A stretch of DNA of 59,399 bases, filler included. It is 3 parts of 3 records of this genome, joined end to end, with 100 filler letters (N's around TTAATTAATTAA, not from the genome) between each part and the next. Parts side by side here need not be neighbours in the genome. Positions count along the whole stretch, not along the records: positions 43,672 to 59,399 come from DRR723986_8514; 2 more parts are not named here. One strand, 5' to 3'. Positions 48,596 to 59,057 of this stretch are shown here, piece by piece; position 1 is the stretch's first letter, and every line of letters begins with the position of its first letter. The notes beneath the pieces are model-generated. The model was not told the DNA's origin and searched no databases. It was given only the letters and a program-made list of their open reading frames with translations. The position numbers were made by a program, and so were the translations under genes.

Positions 48596-50332
48596 ATGAA
48601 ATCCGGGGCAATCAAACGCGGCGAGGCAGAGCTGCGCCGTGTGCGCGGCAAAAGCCGGTCGCTTTACCTTGTTGTTGTGGTGTTTAGCCTGTTTGCAAAT
48701 CTGCTTTTGCTGACAGGGCCGGTGTTTATGCTTCAGGTCTATGACCGCGTGCTTGGCTCTGGCTCTCAGGAAACGCTTGTTGCCTTGTCGGGCTTGGTGC
48801 TTTTCCTGTTTTGCGTTCTAGGGCTGCTGGATCATCTGCGGGGCCGGATCATGACACGGATCGGCCTTCGATTTCAGGCGGATCTGGAGAAACGGGTGCT
48901 TGATGCGGTGTTGCGCAAATCGGCGCTTTTGCCGGATGATGGCACGCGGCAGGGCCTTCGGGATCTTGACGCGGTGCAGCGGCTCATCACCTCTCCGGTT
49001 TTGATTACGGTGTTCGATTTGCCTTGGACACCACTTTTCTTTGCCGCGATTTTTGCCTTTCACCCGGTTCTTGGGCTGGGGGCATTGGCCGGTGCGGTGC
49101 TTTTGGTTTTGGCCACAATCGCCAACCAAATCCTGTCACGTGATCCGCAGGCCAAGGCGGACCTTGCCGCGCAAGCGGCAGAGGTGATTGAAAGGCAGGC
49201 ACGCGCCGAAGCGGAAACCGTGCATGCGCTTGGCATGGCCAAGGCCGTGTTTCACCGCTGGCAGGACGCGCGGGCGGCGGCCCTGACAAACCAGTTGGCC
49301 GTGGCGGATATTGGCGGCGGTTTTGGCGTTTTGACCCGAACTCTTCGGCTTGCGCTGCAATCGGTGATGCTGGGCCTTGGCGCATGGTTGGTGCTGCGGG
49401 GGCAGATGACGGGCGGGGCGATGATTGCCGGATCGGTCCTGATGGGGCGGGCGCTTGCCCCTGTTGAGGCGCTGCTGAACCATTGGCCGGTTTTGCAGCA
49501 AGGGCGCAAAGGCTGGTGCAGTTTGGCGGCACTGTTGGGCGAGGTTGGCGAACCGCCGCCACGAATTGATCTGCCAAGGCCCGCCGCGCGGTTGAGCGTG
49601 GATGCGCTGACCGTCGTGCCGCCGGGGCACAAAGGCGCTACTTTGAAGTCTGTCAGTTTCGAATTGGAACCGGGGCAGGCTGTGGGGGTCATTGGACCCT
49701 CTGCCAGCGGAAAATCCACGCTGGCCCGCGCTGTGATGGGGGCTTGGCCGGTGGCGGGGGGGCAGGTGCGGCTGGATGGTGCAACCGTGGGCCAATACGG
49801 GCCACAAACGCTGGGCGGATACATTGGATACCTGCCCCAAAAACCAACCTTGTTTGATGGCACGATTGCGCAGAACATTGCGCGGCTCAGGCAAGACGCC
49901 GAAGACAGCAAAGTTGTGATCGCCGCGCAAAAGGCCGCTGCCCATGACATGATACTGGCCTTGCCCCAAGGGTATGACACCGTCATCGATGCCGGGCAGG
50001 TGCGATTGTCGGGTGGTCAGATACAGCGGATTGGCCTGGCACGGGCGCTCTATGACGATCCGGTGCTGTTGATCCTGGATGAACCCAACGCAAACCTCGA
50101 CAACAGCGGGTCACTGGCCCTGAACCATGCGGTGCGGCAGATGAAGGACAACGGCAAGGCGGTCTTGATCATGGCACACCGCCCCGCCGCCATTCAGGAA
50201 TGTGATATGCTGCTGGTTTTGGATGGCGGGATGCGCGTTGCCTTTGGCCCAAAGAACGAGGTGTTGGCTGGTATGGTCAAGAATGCAGGCGCAATTCAGC
50301 AGGTGCCAGCGCAGGCCGGTGGGTTGAAATGA
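48596..50332 (+). CDS. Type I secretion ABC transporter (PrtD/AprD family)
   Basis: MLQVYDRVL, FDLPW, GPSASGKS, LSGGQIQRIGLARA and LDEPNANLD motifs. Confidence 0.93.
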   Translation: MKSGAIKRGEAELRRVRGKSRSLYLVVVVFSLFANLLLLTGPVFMLQVYDRVLGSGSQETLVALSGLVLFLFCVLGLLDHLRGRIMTRIGLRFQADLEKRVLDAVLRKSALLPDDGTRQGLRDLDAVQRLITSPVLITVFDLPWTPLFFAAIFAFHPVLGLGALAGAVLLVLATIANQILSRDPQAKADLAAQAAEVIERQARAEAETVHALGMAKAVFHRWQDARAAALTNQLAVADIGGGFGVLTRTLRLALQSVMLGLGAWLVLRGQMTGGAMIAGSVLMGRALAPVEALLNHWPVLQQGRKGWCSLAALLGEVGEPPPRIDLPRPAARLSVDALTVVPPGHKGATLKSVSFELEPGQAVGVIGPSASGKSTLARAVMGAWPVAGGQVRLDGATVGQYGPQTLGGYIGYLPQKPTLFDGTIAQNIARLRQDAEDSKVVIAAQKAAAHDMILALPQGYDTVIDAGQVRLSGGQIQRIGLARALYDDPVLLILDEPNANLDNSGSLALNHAVRQMKDNGKAVLIMAHRPAAIQECDMLLVLDGGMRVAFGPKNEVLAGMVKNAGAIQQVPAQAGGLK

Positions 50333-51624
50333 TGCAGGCAAACCTTGGGTGCCATCGTCATGTGATTACGGGCGCTATAGTGCTTTTGGCTCTTTTGGGC
50401 GGCGTCGTGTTTTGGGCGGTTCAGGTCGAAATTTCCGGGGCGATTGTGGTGCAAGGCCAGCTCGCGGTTGAGCGGAGCAGCCAGAGTGTGCAGTCCGAAA
50501 TCGGCGGGCGGATAACGGGCGTGTTTGTCGCCGAGGGCGAACACGTGCGGGGCGGTGATGTGCTGTTGCAGCTTGATCGTGCTGCGGAACGATTGCGAGA
50601 GGACGCCGTCAACCAAAGCATCGCCGAACTTACCCTGCGACGCGCCCGTCTACAGGCAGAACAGAACGGTGCCGTGCAGATCAATTTTCCACAGGTCGCC
50701 GGCAACGTCGATCCACAAGAGGTTGCCCGCATCAAGGAAGGCGAGCGGCGCCATCTGGCGGCCCGCGACGCGATGTTTCGGGACGGGCAGGCCCAGATCG
50801 CCACCGCCAAAGATCAGATCTCGGCGCAAATCTCGGGCATTCGGGCGCAGCGGGCTGCGGTTGTTTTGCAGATCAACCTGATAGAAGAGCAATTGACCGC
50901 GCAAGAGGCATTAAAGGCGCGCGGCCTGACACCGGCGGCATCGGTGCTTGCGCTTAGGCGGGAGCATGCGCGGCTGACCGGACGACAAGGAGAGCTACGC
51001 AGCGCCGAGGCCGCTGCCAATGAACGGATCGCGGGCCTGAATTTGGACGCATTGCACCAAAAAGAGGCCCGACGAGAAGAGATCATCGCGCAGCTCAACA
51101 CCCTGTCCAGCGATTTGTCGCGACTGACCGGCGCACGAGAGGCCGTTTTGCAAGAGCTGGACAAATTGGTGATCCGCGCACCCGTTTCCGGGATTGTCCA
51201 CCGGATGACCGTACAACACCAAGGGTCGGTGATCCGTGCGGGCGAAACGTTGTTGCATATTGTGCCGCAAGACAGACCGATGACCGTCATTGCGCAGGTC
51301 ACGCCCAAAGCGGTGGATCAGGTGCATATTGGTCAAACCGCCCGGCTTAGGCTGACAGGGTTCAACTGGCCGGAAACACCCGAATTGACCGGGCAGGTTG
51401 TGCATCTGTCCCCCGATGCCATCACGGACCAGACCGGGGGGCAAAGCCACTATAGCATTACCGTACAATTGCCGGCGTCTGCGCTACAGGTGTTGGGCCC
51501 CGATATATCGCTGCTGCCGGGGATGCCGGTCGATGTTTTTGTTGTTCAAGCGCCCAGATCGGCGATGTCCTACCTGGTGAAACCGCTGACTGATTATTTC
51601 GTCCGGGCATGGCGGGAAAGTTGA
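50329..51624 (+). CDS. HlyD/PrtE family T1SS membrane fusion protein
   Basis: N-terminal TM, GGRI.GVFVAEG, coiled coil, IRAPVSG, LLPGMP and YLVKPL motifs. Confidence 0.92.
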   Translation: MMQANLGCHRHVITGAIVLLALLGGVVFWAVQVEISGAIVVQGQLAVERSSQSVQSEIGGRITGVFVAEGEHVRGGDVLLQLDRAAERLREDAVNQSIAELTLRRARLQAEQNGAVQINFPQVAGNVDPQEVARIKEGERRHLAARDAMFRDGQAQIATAKDQISAQISGIRAQRAAVVLQINLIEEQLTAQEALKARGLTPAASVLALRREHARLTGRQGELRSAEAAANERIAGLNLDALHQKEARREEIIAQLNTLSSDLSRLTGAREAVLQELDKLVIRAPVSGIVHRMTVQHQGSVIRAGETLLHIVPQDRPMTVIAQVTPKAVDQVHIGQTARLRLTGFNWPETPELTGQVVHLSPDAITDQTGGQSHYSITVQLPASALQVLGPDISLLPGMPVDVFVVQAPRSAMSYLVKPLTDYFVRAWRES

Positions 51625-51694
51625 TGTGGGCTCTTTTCTGCGGCGCTGAAAGTGACTAGCGTCCCGCGTGAAAACCAATCTGAGGAATAACGCC

Positions 51695-52153
51695 ATGAGC
51701 TTTACTGCACGTCTGTCCGAACTGGGTGTGACCCTGCCCGATGCACCTGCCCCTGCGGCGAATTACGTGCCGTTTGTGCAGGTCGGAAACCTCGTCCATG
51801 TGTCAGGTCAAATCTCGATGGGCCCGGACGGGTTGATCACTGGCAAGCTGGGCGCGGACATGGATGTCGCCGCAGGGGCGGATGCCGCCAAAACCTGCGC
51901 GATCAGCCTGCTGGCTCAGGTCAAGGCGGCCTGTGGCGGCGACATTGAACGGCTTGTTCGCGTTGTCAAATTGGTCGGCTTTGTGAACTCCACTGCCGAT
52001 TTCACCGATCAGCCCAAGGTGATCAACGGCGCGTCCGACTTTATGGTTGAGGCATTGGGCGATGCAGGGCGGCACGCCCGATCCGCGGTCTCTGCGGCCT
52101 CTCTGCCGCTTGGCGTTGCGGTTGAGATCGAAGGCATCTTTGAAATCAAATGA
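51695..52153 (+). CDS. RidA/YjgF family protein
   Basis: AANYVP, SGQ, NGASD, GRHARSAV and VEIE motifs. Confidence 0.93.
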   Translation: MSFTARLSELGVTLPDAPAPAANYVPFVQVGNLVHVSGQISMGPDGLITGKLGADMDVAAGADAAKTCAISLLAQVKAACGGDIERLVRVVKLVGFVNSTADFTDQPKVINGASDFMVEALGDAGRHARSAVSAASLPLGVAVEIEGIFEIK

Positions 52154-52911
52154 CCTTGCCGCGTGGATTTGTTAATCTGCCATTGGCGCATCGTGCCTTG
52201 CATGATGTGGCGCAGGGGCGGCCCGAAAACAGCCGGGCTGCCATTCGCGCCGCAATAGAGGCCGGTTATGGCATCGAGATTGATGTCCAGCTGAGCGCCG
52301 ATGGCGCGGCCATGGTATTTCATGACTATGCGCTGGATCGTTTGACCCATGACAGCGGCGCGGTGCGGTTGCGCAGCGCGGCCGATCTGAAAGGGGTGCC
52401 GCTGAAGGGCGGGGATGAGGGTATTCCCGACTTGCCTGAAGTGTTGCAGTTGGTCGCGGGGCAGGTGCCGCTGTTGATTGAGCTGAAAGATCAGGACGGC
52501 GCCATGGGCACCAATCTGGGGCCGTTGGAGCAGGCAACTGCCGCCGCGCTCAAAGGGTATGCGGGGCCGGTTGCGGTCATGTCATTCAATCCCAATTGCG
52601 TGGCGATGATGCGCGACTTGCTGCCCGATGTGCCGCGCGGACTTGTGACCAGCGCTTACCGATATGATGAATGGCCGCTGTCCAAGCGCACCTGTGACCA
52701 TCTTCGCGAGATCCCCGACTACGACAGGACCGGATCCTGTTTCATCAGCCATGAGGTGGATGATCTGGACCGTGCGCGTGTGGCAGAGATCAAAGCGCAG
52801 GGCGCGATGATCTGTTGTTGGACGGTGCGCAGCTTTGAGGTTGAACAACAGGCCCGCCAGATTGCGGACAACATCACCTTTGAGGGGTACAACGCCGCGC
52901 TTGATGCTTGA
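52150..52911 (+). CDS. Glycerophosphodiester phosphodiesterase family protein
   Basis: AHRALH, PENS, IEIDVQ, VFHD, IELK and ITFE motifs. Confidence 0.92.
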   Translation: MTLPRGFVNLPLAHRALHDVAQGRPENSRAAIRAAIEAGYGIEIDVQLSADGAAMVFHDYALDRLTHDSGAVRLRSAADLKGVPLKGGDEGIPDLPEVLQLVAGQVPLLIELKDQDGAMGTNLGPLEQATAAALKGYAGPVAVMSFNPNCVAMMRDLLPDVPRGLVTSAYRYDEWPLSKRTCDHLREIPDYDRTGSCFISHEVDDLDRARVAEIKAQGAMICCWTVRSFEVEQQARQIADNITFEGYNAALDA

Positions 52912-52959
52912 TCCTTGCTTCGAAAGCCACACATTGGATCACAGGCAAAAGGGCAGAAT

Positions 52960-54147
52960 ATGAGCGCGCAAGAAATAGAAATCACCGTGGTTCCGCATCT
53001 GGCCGAGATTGGCCAGGAACAGTGGGATGCATGCGCCTGCCCCGAGGCGGCGGATGGCGCGAGAGCTTCCGATCCCTTTACCACCTACCGGTTTCTGTCA
53101 GCGCTGGAGGAAAGTGGCAGCGTTGGCCCCGGCACGGGCTGGCAACCACAATATCTGACGGCGGCGGTTGGCGGGCAGATCATCGCAGTGGCGCCGCTTT
53201 ATGCCAAATCCCACAGTCAGGGCGAATACATCTTTGATCACAACTGGGCCCATGCCTATGAGCGGGCGGGGGGCCGGTATTATCCCAAGCTACAGATCGC
53301 TGTCCCGCACACGCCGGCGACCGGACGCCGGTTTCTGACCCGTCCGGGGTTTGAGGACACAGGCATGGCGGCCTTGGTGCAGGGCGCGGTGCAACTGACG
53401 CAGAACAATCATTTGTCCTCGTTGCACGCCACGTTTTGCACTAAAGACGAGGCACTGCGCGCGCAGGACATGGGTCTGATGATCCGCAAGAACCAGCAGT
53501 TTCATTGGCGCAATGACGGCTATTGTGACTTTGACGACTTCCTTGCCAGCCTCAATTCACGCAAGCGCAAAAACATCCGCAAGGAACGCAAACAGGCACA
53601 AGCCTTTGGCGGCACGATTGAGACCTTCACCGGGGATCAGATCGAACCGGAGCACTGGGATGCGTTCTGGCAGTTTTACCAAGACACCGGGGCGCGTAAG
53701 TGGGGATCACCCTATCTGACGCGAGCATTTTTTGACATCGCGCATGAGACCTTGCAGGAGGACATCGCGCTGGTTCTGGCGCGGCGCGACGGGTGCTGGG
53801 TGGCGGGTGCATTGAACTTTATCGGCGCTGATGCGTTGTACGGAAGGTATTGGGGGTGTGCAGAGCATCACCCCTGTCTGCATTTTGAGCTTTGTTATTA
53901 CCAAGCCATTGATTTTGCGATTGCAAATAGGTTGGCCACGGTAGAGGCGGGCGCACAGGGCGAACACAAGCTGGCGCGCGGCTATTTGCCGACGCCAACA
54001 TGGTCGGTGCACTGGCTGCGCGACGAAGGGTTTGCAAATGCAGTTGGTGAATACCTTGAGGCGGAACGCGATGCGGTGGACCGCGAGATTGAAATACTGA
54101 CGGACTACGGACCTTTCAAACAGGTCCAGATTGAGGAACAGGAATGA
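52960..54147 (+). CDS. FemAB-like GNAT protein (DUF482)
   Basis: [35 protein letters not shown] and [11 protein letters not shown] motifs. Confidence 0.92.
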   Translation: MSAQEIEITVVPHLAEIGQEQWDACACPEAADGARASDPFTTYRFLSALEESGSVGPGTGWQPQYLTAAVGGQIIAVAPLYAKSHSQGEYIFDHNWAHAYERAGGRYYPKLQIAVPHTPATGRRFLTRPGFEDTGMAALVQGAVQLTQNNHLSSLHATFCTKDEALRAQDMGLMIRKNQQFHWRNDGYCDFDDFLASLNSRKRKNIRKERKQAQAFGGTIETFTGDQIEPEHWDAFWQFYQDTGARKWGSPYLTRAFFDIAHETLQEDIALVLARRDGCWVAGALNFIGADALYGRYWGCAEHHPCLHFELCYYQAIDFAIANRLATVEAGAQGEHKLARGYLPTPTWSVHWLRDEGFANAVGEYLEAERDAVDREIEILTDYGPFKQVQIEEQE

Positions 54148-54452
54148 CAGAACGACTAAGCGAAGAAACACGCAAGACCGTGTTGCAGCCGCTTTTTGAT
54201 ACAGGATGGGCGATGGTCGACGGACGCGATGCGATCTGCAAAACCTTCAAATTCCCTGATTTTACCGATGCATTCGGCTGGATGACCCGCGCGGCGTTCT
54301 GGTCGGAGAAGTGGGATCACCATCCCGAATGGCAGAACACCTACAATCGTGTGACGGTGACATTGACCACACATAGCGTGGATGGGCTCAGCACGCTTGA
54401 CGCCAAGCTCGCACGCAAGATGGACGGCCTGTTTGCGCCTGACAACGGATAG
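54144..54452 (+). CDS. phhB: Pterin-4-alpha-carbinolamine dehydratase
   Basis: DHHPEW.N.YN.V and LTTH motifs. Confidence 0.93.
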   Translation: MTERLSEETRKTVLQPLFDTGWAMVDGRDAICKTFKFPDFTDAFGWMTRAAFWSEKWDHHPEWQNTYNRVTVTLTTHSVDGLSTLDAKLARKMDGLFAPDNG

Positions 54453-54462
54453 GGGGTCTGAA

Positions 54463-55308
54463 ATGGAAAACCTGATGAACACCGAAGTTTGGCAAGGCAA
54501 AACCATTGGTGATTTGCTGACCATCGAATTTCTGGCCAGCGCGGTCGGCTCAGTCATGGGCGCACTTGCGATCCTGCTTTTGGGTTGGATCGTGTCGAAA
54601 TGGCTTCAGGGCCGGGTGCAACAGCTGGGCAAGAACAACAAGCATCTCGATGAGATGCTGTTTGATTTCCTGGCCTCGATCGTGCGCTATGTCGTCCTCG
54701 GCTTTACCGTCCTGTTTGTTCTCAACACGTTTGGCGTGCAGACAACATCGGTTGTCGCGGTCATCGGTGCTGCGGGTCTGGCCATCGGGCTGGCGCTGCA
54801 GGGCACTCTGTCCAATGTTGCGGCGGGCGTGATGCTGATCCTGTTCCGTCCGATCAAGATCGGCGATTTTGTCGAGGTCGCAGGCGAGATGGGGACAGTG
54901 AAACAGATCAACCTGAATTTTACCGAGCTGGCCGACCTCAGCAACGTGCAGGTGATCGTGCCCAATTCCGAAGTCTGGGGCAATGTGATCACCAATTATT
55001 CCGTCAATCAAAAGCGCCGCGCCGAGTGGACCTTTGGTGTGGGCTATGGTGCCAATCTCAAGACCGCAGAGGGGATCATCCGCGATACGATCATGGGCGA
55101 CAGCCGGTCTCACTCAGACCCCGAACCGTTCATTCAGGTGACAAATCTGGGCGACAGTTCGGTTGATTTTCTGGTGCGGGTTTGGTGCGATGCATCCGAT
55201 TACTTTGCGTTCAAGGCCGACATGACCCGCAAAGTCAAAGAGGCGATGGACGAGGGCGGTGTCGATATCCCGTTCCCAACTCGGACGATTGTTCAAGCGG
55301 CGGAATGA
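54463..55308 (+). CDS. mscS: Small-conductance mechanosensitive channel
   Basis: GAAGLAIGLALQGTLSN, RPIKIGD, VPNS and DIPFP motifs. Confidence 0.93.
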   Translation: MENLMNTEVWQGKTIGDLLTIEFLASAVGSVMGALAILLLGWIVSKWLQGRVQQLGKNNKHLDEMLFDFLASIVRYVVLGFTVLFVLNTFGVQTTSVVAVIGAAGLAIGLALQGTLSNVAAGVMLILFRPIKIGDFVEVAGEMGTVKQINLNFTELADLSNVQVIVPNSEVWGNVITNYSVNQKRRAEWTFGVGYGANLKTAEGIIRDTIMGDSRSHSDPEPFIQVTNLGDSSVDFLVRVWCDASDYFAFKADMTRKVKEAMDEGGVDIPFPTRTIVQAAE

Positions 55309-55331
55309 TACGCCGGACAAGCCACAAGCAT

Positions 55332-55365
55332 CGGGGCGCAGGCAAACTGCGCCCCGTTTTTCTTT
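55332..55365 (+). terminator. Intrinsic terminator after mscS
   Basis: CGGGGCGCAG-GCAAA-CTGCGCCCCG-TTTTTCTTT. Confidence 0.8.
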
Positions 55366-55852
55366 ACATGTTTTCCAGCAGGCCTTCGCCACCTGACAGA
55401 TCGCAGACACCGGCCTGAATCTCGGGCTGGAACAACGTTACCTTGCCGTCATCGACCAGCATCGCGTAACGCTTGGAACGTGACATCAGCCCGGCTGGAG
55501 CGGCGTCAAATTCCATGCCGATGGCCTTGGTAAATTCAGATTGCGCATCGGCCAGCATGGTGATCCCAGCAGCCGTGGCACCCGTTGCCTCGCCCCAGGC
55601 TTGCATCACAAAAGGATCGTTACAGGACACGCAGATGATCTCATCCACGCCTTTGGCATCGTATTGATCCTTGGTGCGCACAAAGCTGGGAACATGTGCG
55701 GAATGGCATGTCGGGGTAAAGGCACCGGGCACAGCAAAGATCACAACCTTACGTCCCTTGACTTTGTCGGCCATTTTCACGGGCGTTGGCCCCTCAGCGC
55801 CCATTTGCACCAGCGTGGCGTCGGGCAGCGTGTCCCCTTGTGAGATTGTCAT
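55364..55852 (-). CDS. Peroxiredoxin (Prx5 family)
   Basis: PGAFTPTCH..HVP, NDPFVM.AW and RSKRYAM motifs. Confidence 0.94.
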   Translation of the reverse strand: MTISQGDTLPDATLVQMGAEGPTPVKMADKVKGRKVVIFAVPGAFTPTCHSAHVPSFVRTKDQYDAKGVDEIICVSCNDPFVMQAWGEATGATAAGITMLADAQSEFTKAIGMEFDAAPAGLMSRSKRYAMLVDDGKVTLFQPEIQAGVCDLSGGEGLLENM

Positions 55853-55942
55853 CAGCTAGACCTTTCATGACATTGCGTTTGCTATGTCGCTCAATATAGG
55901 TTTCCGGCGACAGGCGACCAGCGAATTCGGGAGAATGAAACC

Positions 55943-57151
55943 ATGGGCCAAGTAATCGTGATCGGAGCAGGGCAGGCAGGTGCCTCTTGCGTGGCCAAGC
56001 TGCGCAACAATGGCTTTGAAGGGGGCATCACACTCATCGGGGCCGAGCCGGTGCCGCCCTATCAACGGCCACCGCTAAGCAAGGCCTATTTGCTGGGAGA
56101 AATGAGTTTGGACCGCCTTTTCCTGCGGCCAGAGACCTTCTACGGGGAGCATGATATCACTCTGCGTATGGGGCAGAGTGTGGATGCGATTGATACCGCC
56201 GCTCAAACCGTCACACTGGGCGATGAAGTGCTGCCCTACGACGATCTGGTGCTGACCACTGGGTCTGTTCCGAACCGTTTGCCTGCGGCCATTGGTGGCG
56301 ATCTGGATGGGGTGTTCACCGTGCGTGATTTGGCGGACGTGGACGCCATGGCACCGCGATTTACCGAAGGGGCGCGGGTGCTGATTGTCGGGGGTGGATA
56401 TATCGGGCTTGAAGCGGCGGCGGTGGCGGCCAAGCTGGGGCTCAAGGTGACATTGGTCGAAATGGCCGACCGCATCCTGCAACGGGTCGCCGCGCCCGAG
56501 ACCAGCGATTTCTTCCGTGATCTGCATCGCTCGCATGGGGTCGAAATTCTTGAGGGTGTGGGATTGGATCATCTGACCGGAACTGGCGCGGTGAGCGGGG
56601 CGAAGCTGACCGATGGCTCCGAGATCGCGGCGGATTTTGTGATTGTGGGCGTCGGCATACGCCCCGGTACCGCATTGGCCGAGGCGGCAGGTATTGAGAT
56701 CGACAACGGGATCAAGGTGGATGCGCATGGGCGAACCTCCGCTGCGCATGTCTGGGCGGCCGGGGATTGCACGTCTTTCCCTTATCAAGGCGGACGTATC
56801 CGGCTGGAATCGGTGCCCAACGCAATTGAACAAGCAGAATGCGTCGCGCAGAACATCATGGGCGCAGGCGAGGATTATCTGGCAAAGCCGTGGTTCTGGT
56901 CGGACCAATATGACGTGAAATTGCAGATCGGCGGGCTGAACACGGGGTATGACAGGGTCGTCACGCGGCGTGCCGATGAAGACAGCGTCAGCTTTTGGTA
57001 TTATCAGGGCGATCAGCTTTTGGCAGTGGATGCGATGAACGATCCGCGCGGCTATATGGTTGGGAAACGCCTGATTGAGGGCGGCAAATCCCCAGATCCG
57101 GCTCTGATCGAAGATCCAGCGACCAATCTGAAGGCGCTTTTGAAGGCGTGA
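55943..57151 (+). CDS. NAD(P)/FAD-dependent ferredoxin reductase
   Basis: IGAGQAG, PYQRPPLSK, GGGYIGLE, RLESV.NA and PWFWSDQY motifs. Confidence 0.93.
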   Translation: MGQVIVIGAGQAGASCVAKLRNNGFEGGITLIGAEPVPPYQRPPLSKAYLLGEMSLDRLFLRPETFYGEHDITLRMGQSVDAIDTAAQTVTLGDEVLPYDDLVLTTGSVPNRLPAAIGGDLDGVFTVRDLADVDAMAPRFTEGARVLIVGGGYIGLEAAAVAAKLGLKVTLVEMADRILQRVAAPETSDFFRDLHRSHGVEILEGVGLDHLTGTGAVSGAKLTDGSEIAADFVIVGVGIRPGTALAEAAGIEIDNGIKVDAHGRTSAAHVWAAGDCTSFPYQGGRIRLESVPNAIEQAECVAQNIMGAGEDYLAKPWFWSDQYDVKLQIGGLNTGYDRVVTRRADEDSVSFWYYQGDQLLAVDAMNDPRGYMVGKRLIEGGKSPDPALIEDPATNLKALLKA

Positions 57152-57708
57152 GGATCATCGCGGGCAAATTTCGGGGCACAGCGCTGGCCAATGTTGGCAA
57201 GGGGGATACCGCGGCGCATTTGCGTCCGACCTCAGACAGGGTGCGGGAAAGCCTGTTTTCAATGCTGACCCACCATGACGTGATTCATGGAGCGCGGGTG
57301 CTTGACCTTTTTGCGGGCACCGGAGCCTTGGGGCTTGAGGCCTTGTCGCGCGGTGCGGCAGAGGTCTGTTTTGTGGAGAATGGCCGCGCCGGGCAAAAGC
57401 TTCTACGCGAGAACATTGAAAAACTGCGGGCGGAGGGAGAGACAACCCTCATGCGCAACGACGCAACACGGCTCGGCCCTTGGCCCAATGCCCGGTTTGA
57501 TCTGGTGTTTCTGGATCCGCCCTATGGCAAGGGCATGGGCCAGACCGCGCTGGCGGCTGCGCGTGCAGGGGGGTGGCTGGCCCCCGATGCGATGATCATC
57601 TGGGAGGAAAACGCCCCGATGAACGCGCCAGAGGGGTTTGAGCGGCTCGACAAACGCAAATACGGTGACACCCACGTGACGCTGCTGCGCCACGTGGCGG
57701 CAGGTTAA
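57148..57708 (+). CDS. rsmD: 16S rRNA m2G966 methyltransferase
   Basis: RIIAG, RPTSDRVRESLF, LDLFAGTGALGLEALSRG and DPPY motifs. Confidence 0.95.
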   Translation: MRIIAGKFRGTALANVGKGDTAAHLRPTSDRVRESLFSMLTHHDVIHGARVLDLFAGTGALGLEALSRGAAEVCFVENGRAGQKLLRENIEKLRAEGETTLMRNDATRLGPWPNARFDLVFLDPPYGKGMGQTALAAARAGGWLAPDAMIIWEENAPMNAPEGFERLDKRKYGDTHVTLLRHVAAG

Positions 57709-58916
57709 AGCGCTGCGCGAATGGCCGCGCCCAGCCTTGTGATGCCTTCGGCGATCTGGGCGTCATCGGCCAGAGAGAAACTAAGCCGGAGGGTGTTCTT
57801 GCCGGACCGATCCGCAAAGAATGCCTGGCCCGGGACAAAGGCCACGCGCTGTGTCTCAAGCGATTGGCGCAACAGTTCGCCGCCGTCCATGTGCTTGGGC
57901 AAGGTGAGCCAGACAAACATGCCGCCTTCGGGTTTGGTCCATGTCACACCATCGGGCATCTGTGCCTCCAGTGCGGAAAGCATCGCATCGCGGCGGGCGG
58001 TGTAGGTCTGGCGCAGCTTTGCGGTGTGTTCCTCGAAAATCGTGTTGGCAACCTCCGCGATCGCCATTTGGTTGATGGTAGATGAATGCAGATCGCTGGC
58101 CTGTTTCATCAGCACCAGTCGCGAGATGACATCTGCCGCACCGCAGATCCAGCCAACCCGCAATCCGGGGGCAAGCGATTTGGAGAAGCTGCCGCAATAA
58201 AGGGTCCGGCAGGCGTCTATCGAGCCCTTGCGTGCCACTTCCAAAGCCAGCACCGGCGGGATCGGATCGCCGTCAAAGCGCAGCGCCTGATAGGCGGCAT
58301 CTTCGATCACCGCAATGTCCAGATCATCGGCCAGATCCAGAATGTTCTCACGGGCCGTTTGGTCAAGCGTTTCGCCGGTCGGATTGGCAAAATCCACGGA
58401 CATATAGGCAAATTTGACCCGCCCGCCGTTGTCTTTGGCGGTTTGGGCGTAGTCTTCGGCGGATCGGTTGCCGCCGGGGATCAGCCGGTCATAATGCGGC
58501 TCATAGGCGTTGAACGCTCCCAATGCGCCCAGATAGGTCGGCCAACCCAGTAGGGCGGTGTCATTGGGGGACAGCATCAGTTTGCCCAGATAATCCAGCG
58601 CCTGTTGCGAGCCGGAGGTGATCAGGACGTTGTCGCGGGTACAGGGCACGCCGATCTCGGTCATTTTTCCCACAATCCAGTCGCGCAGCGGGCCGTAACC
58701 TTCGGAAACCGAATATTGCAAAGCGGTGCTTTGGTTCTCGGGCGACAGGGCGTTGCCAAGCGCCTTTTGAAAGGCTTCGGTCGGGAACAGCGCCGGATCG
58801 GGAATGCCGCCGGCAAAGGAAATGATGTCCGGCTGGTCCAGCAGTTTGAGCAGTTCACGGATCTCGCTGGCCTTCATCCGGTCCATGCGGGTTGCAAAAA
58901 TGTCCTGCCAGTTCAT
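57705..58916 (-). CDS. PLP-dependent class I aminotransferase (LysN/ARO8-like)
   Basis: ISFAGGIP, GSQQALD, NPTG, EDAAY and SFSKSLAPGLRVGW motifs. Confidence 0.92.
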   Translation of the reverse strand: MNWQDIFATRMDRMKASEIRELLKLLDQPDIISFAGGIPDPALFPTEAFQKALGNALSPENQSTALQYSVSEGYGPLRDWIVGKMTEIGVPCTRDNVLITSGSQQALDYLGKLMLSPNDTALLGWPTYLGALGAFNAYEPHYDRLIPGGNRSAEDYAQTAKDNGGRVKFAYMSVDFANPTGETLDQTARENILDLADDLDIAVIEDAAYQALRFDGDPIPPVLALEVARKGSIDACRTLYCGSFSKSLAPGLRVGWICGAADVISRLVLMKQASDLHSSTINQMAIAEVANTIFEEHTAKLRQTYTARRDAMLSALEAQMPDGVTWTKPEGGMFVWLTLPKHMDGGELLRQSLETQRVAFVPGQAFFADRSGKNTLRLSFSLADDAQIAEGITRLGAAIRAAL

Positions 58917-59004
58917 GTGCCGTCCTCCCAAATTTCGGGCAAATGAACATGATTCTACAATTATGGCAACACTTCTTACCTAAAGCGACGATTATTCCAC
59001 AATC

Positions 59005-59037
59005 AAAAAAGCCGCGCTGTGGCGGGCGCGGCCTTTT
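59005..59037. terminator. Intrinsic terminator downstream of map
   Basis: AAAAAA-GCCGCGC-N8-GCGCGGC-CTTTT. Confidence 0.7.
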
Positions 59038-59057
59038 GATGTGTTGTCATTGCGGGT

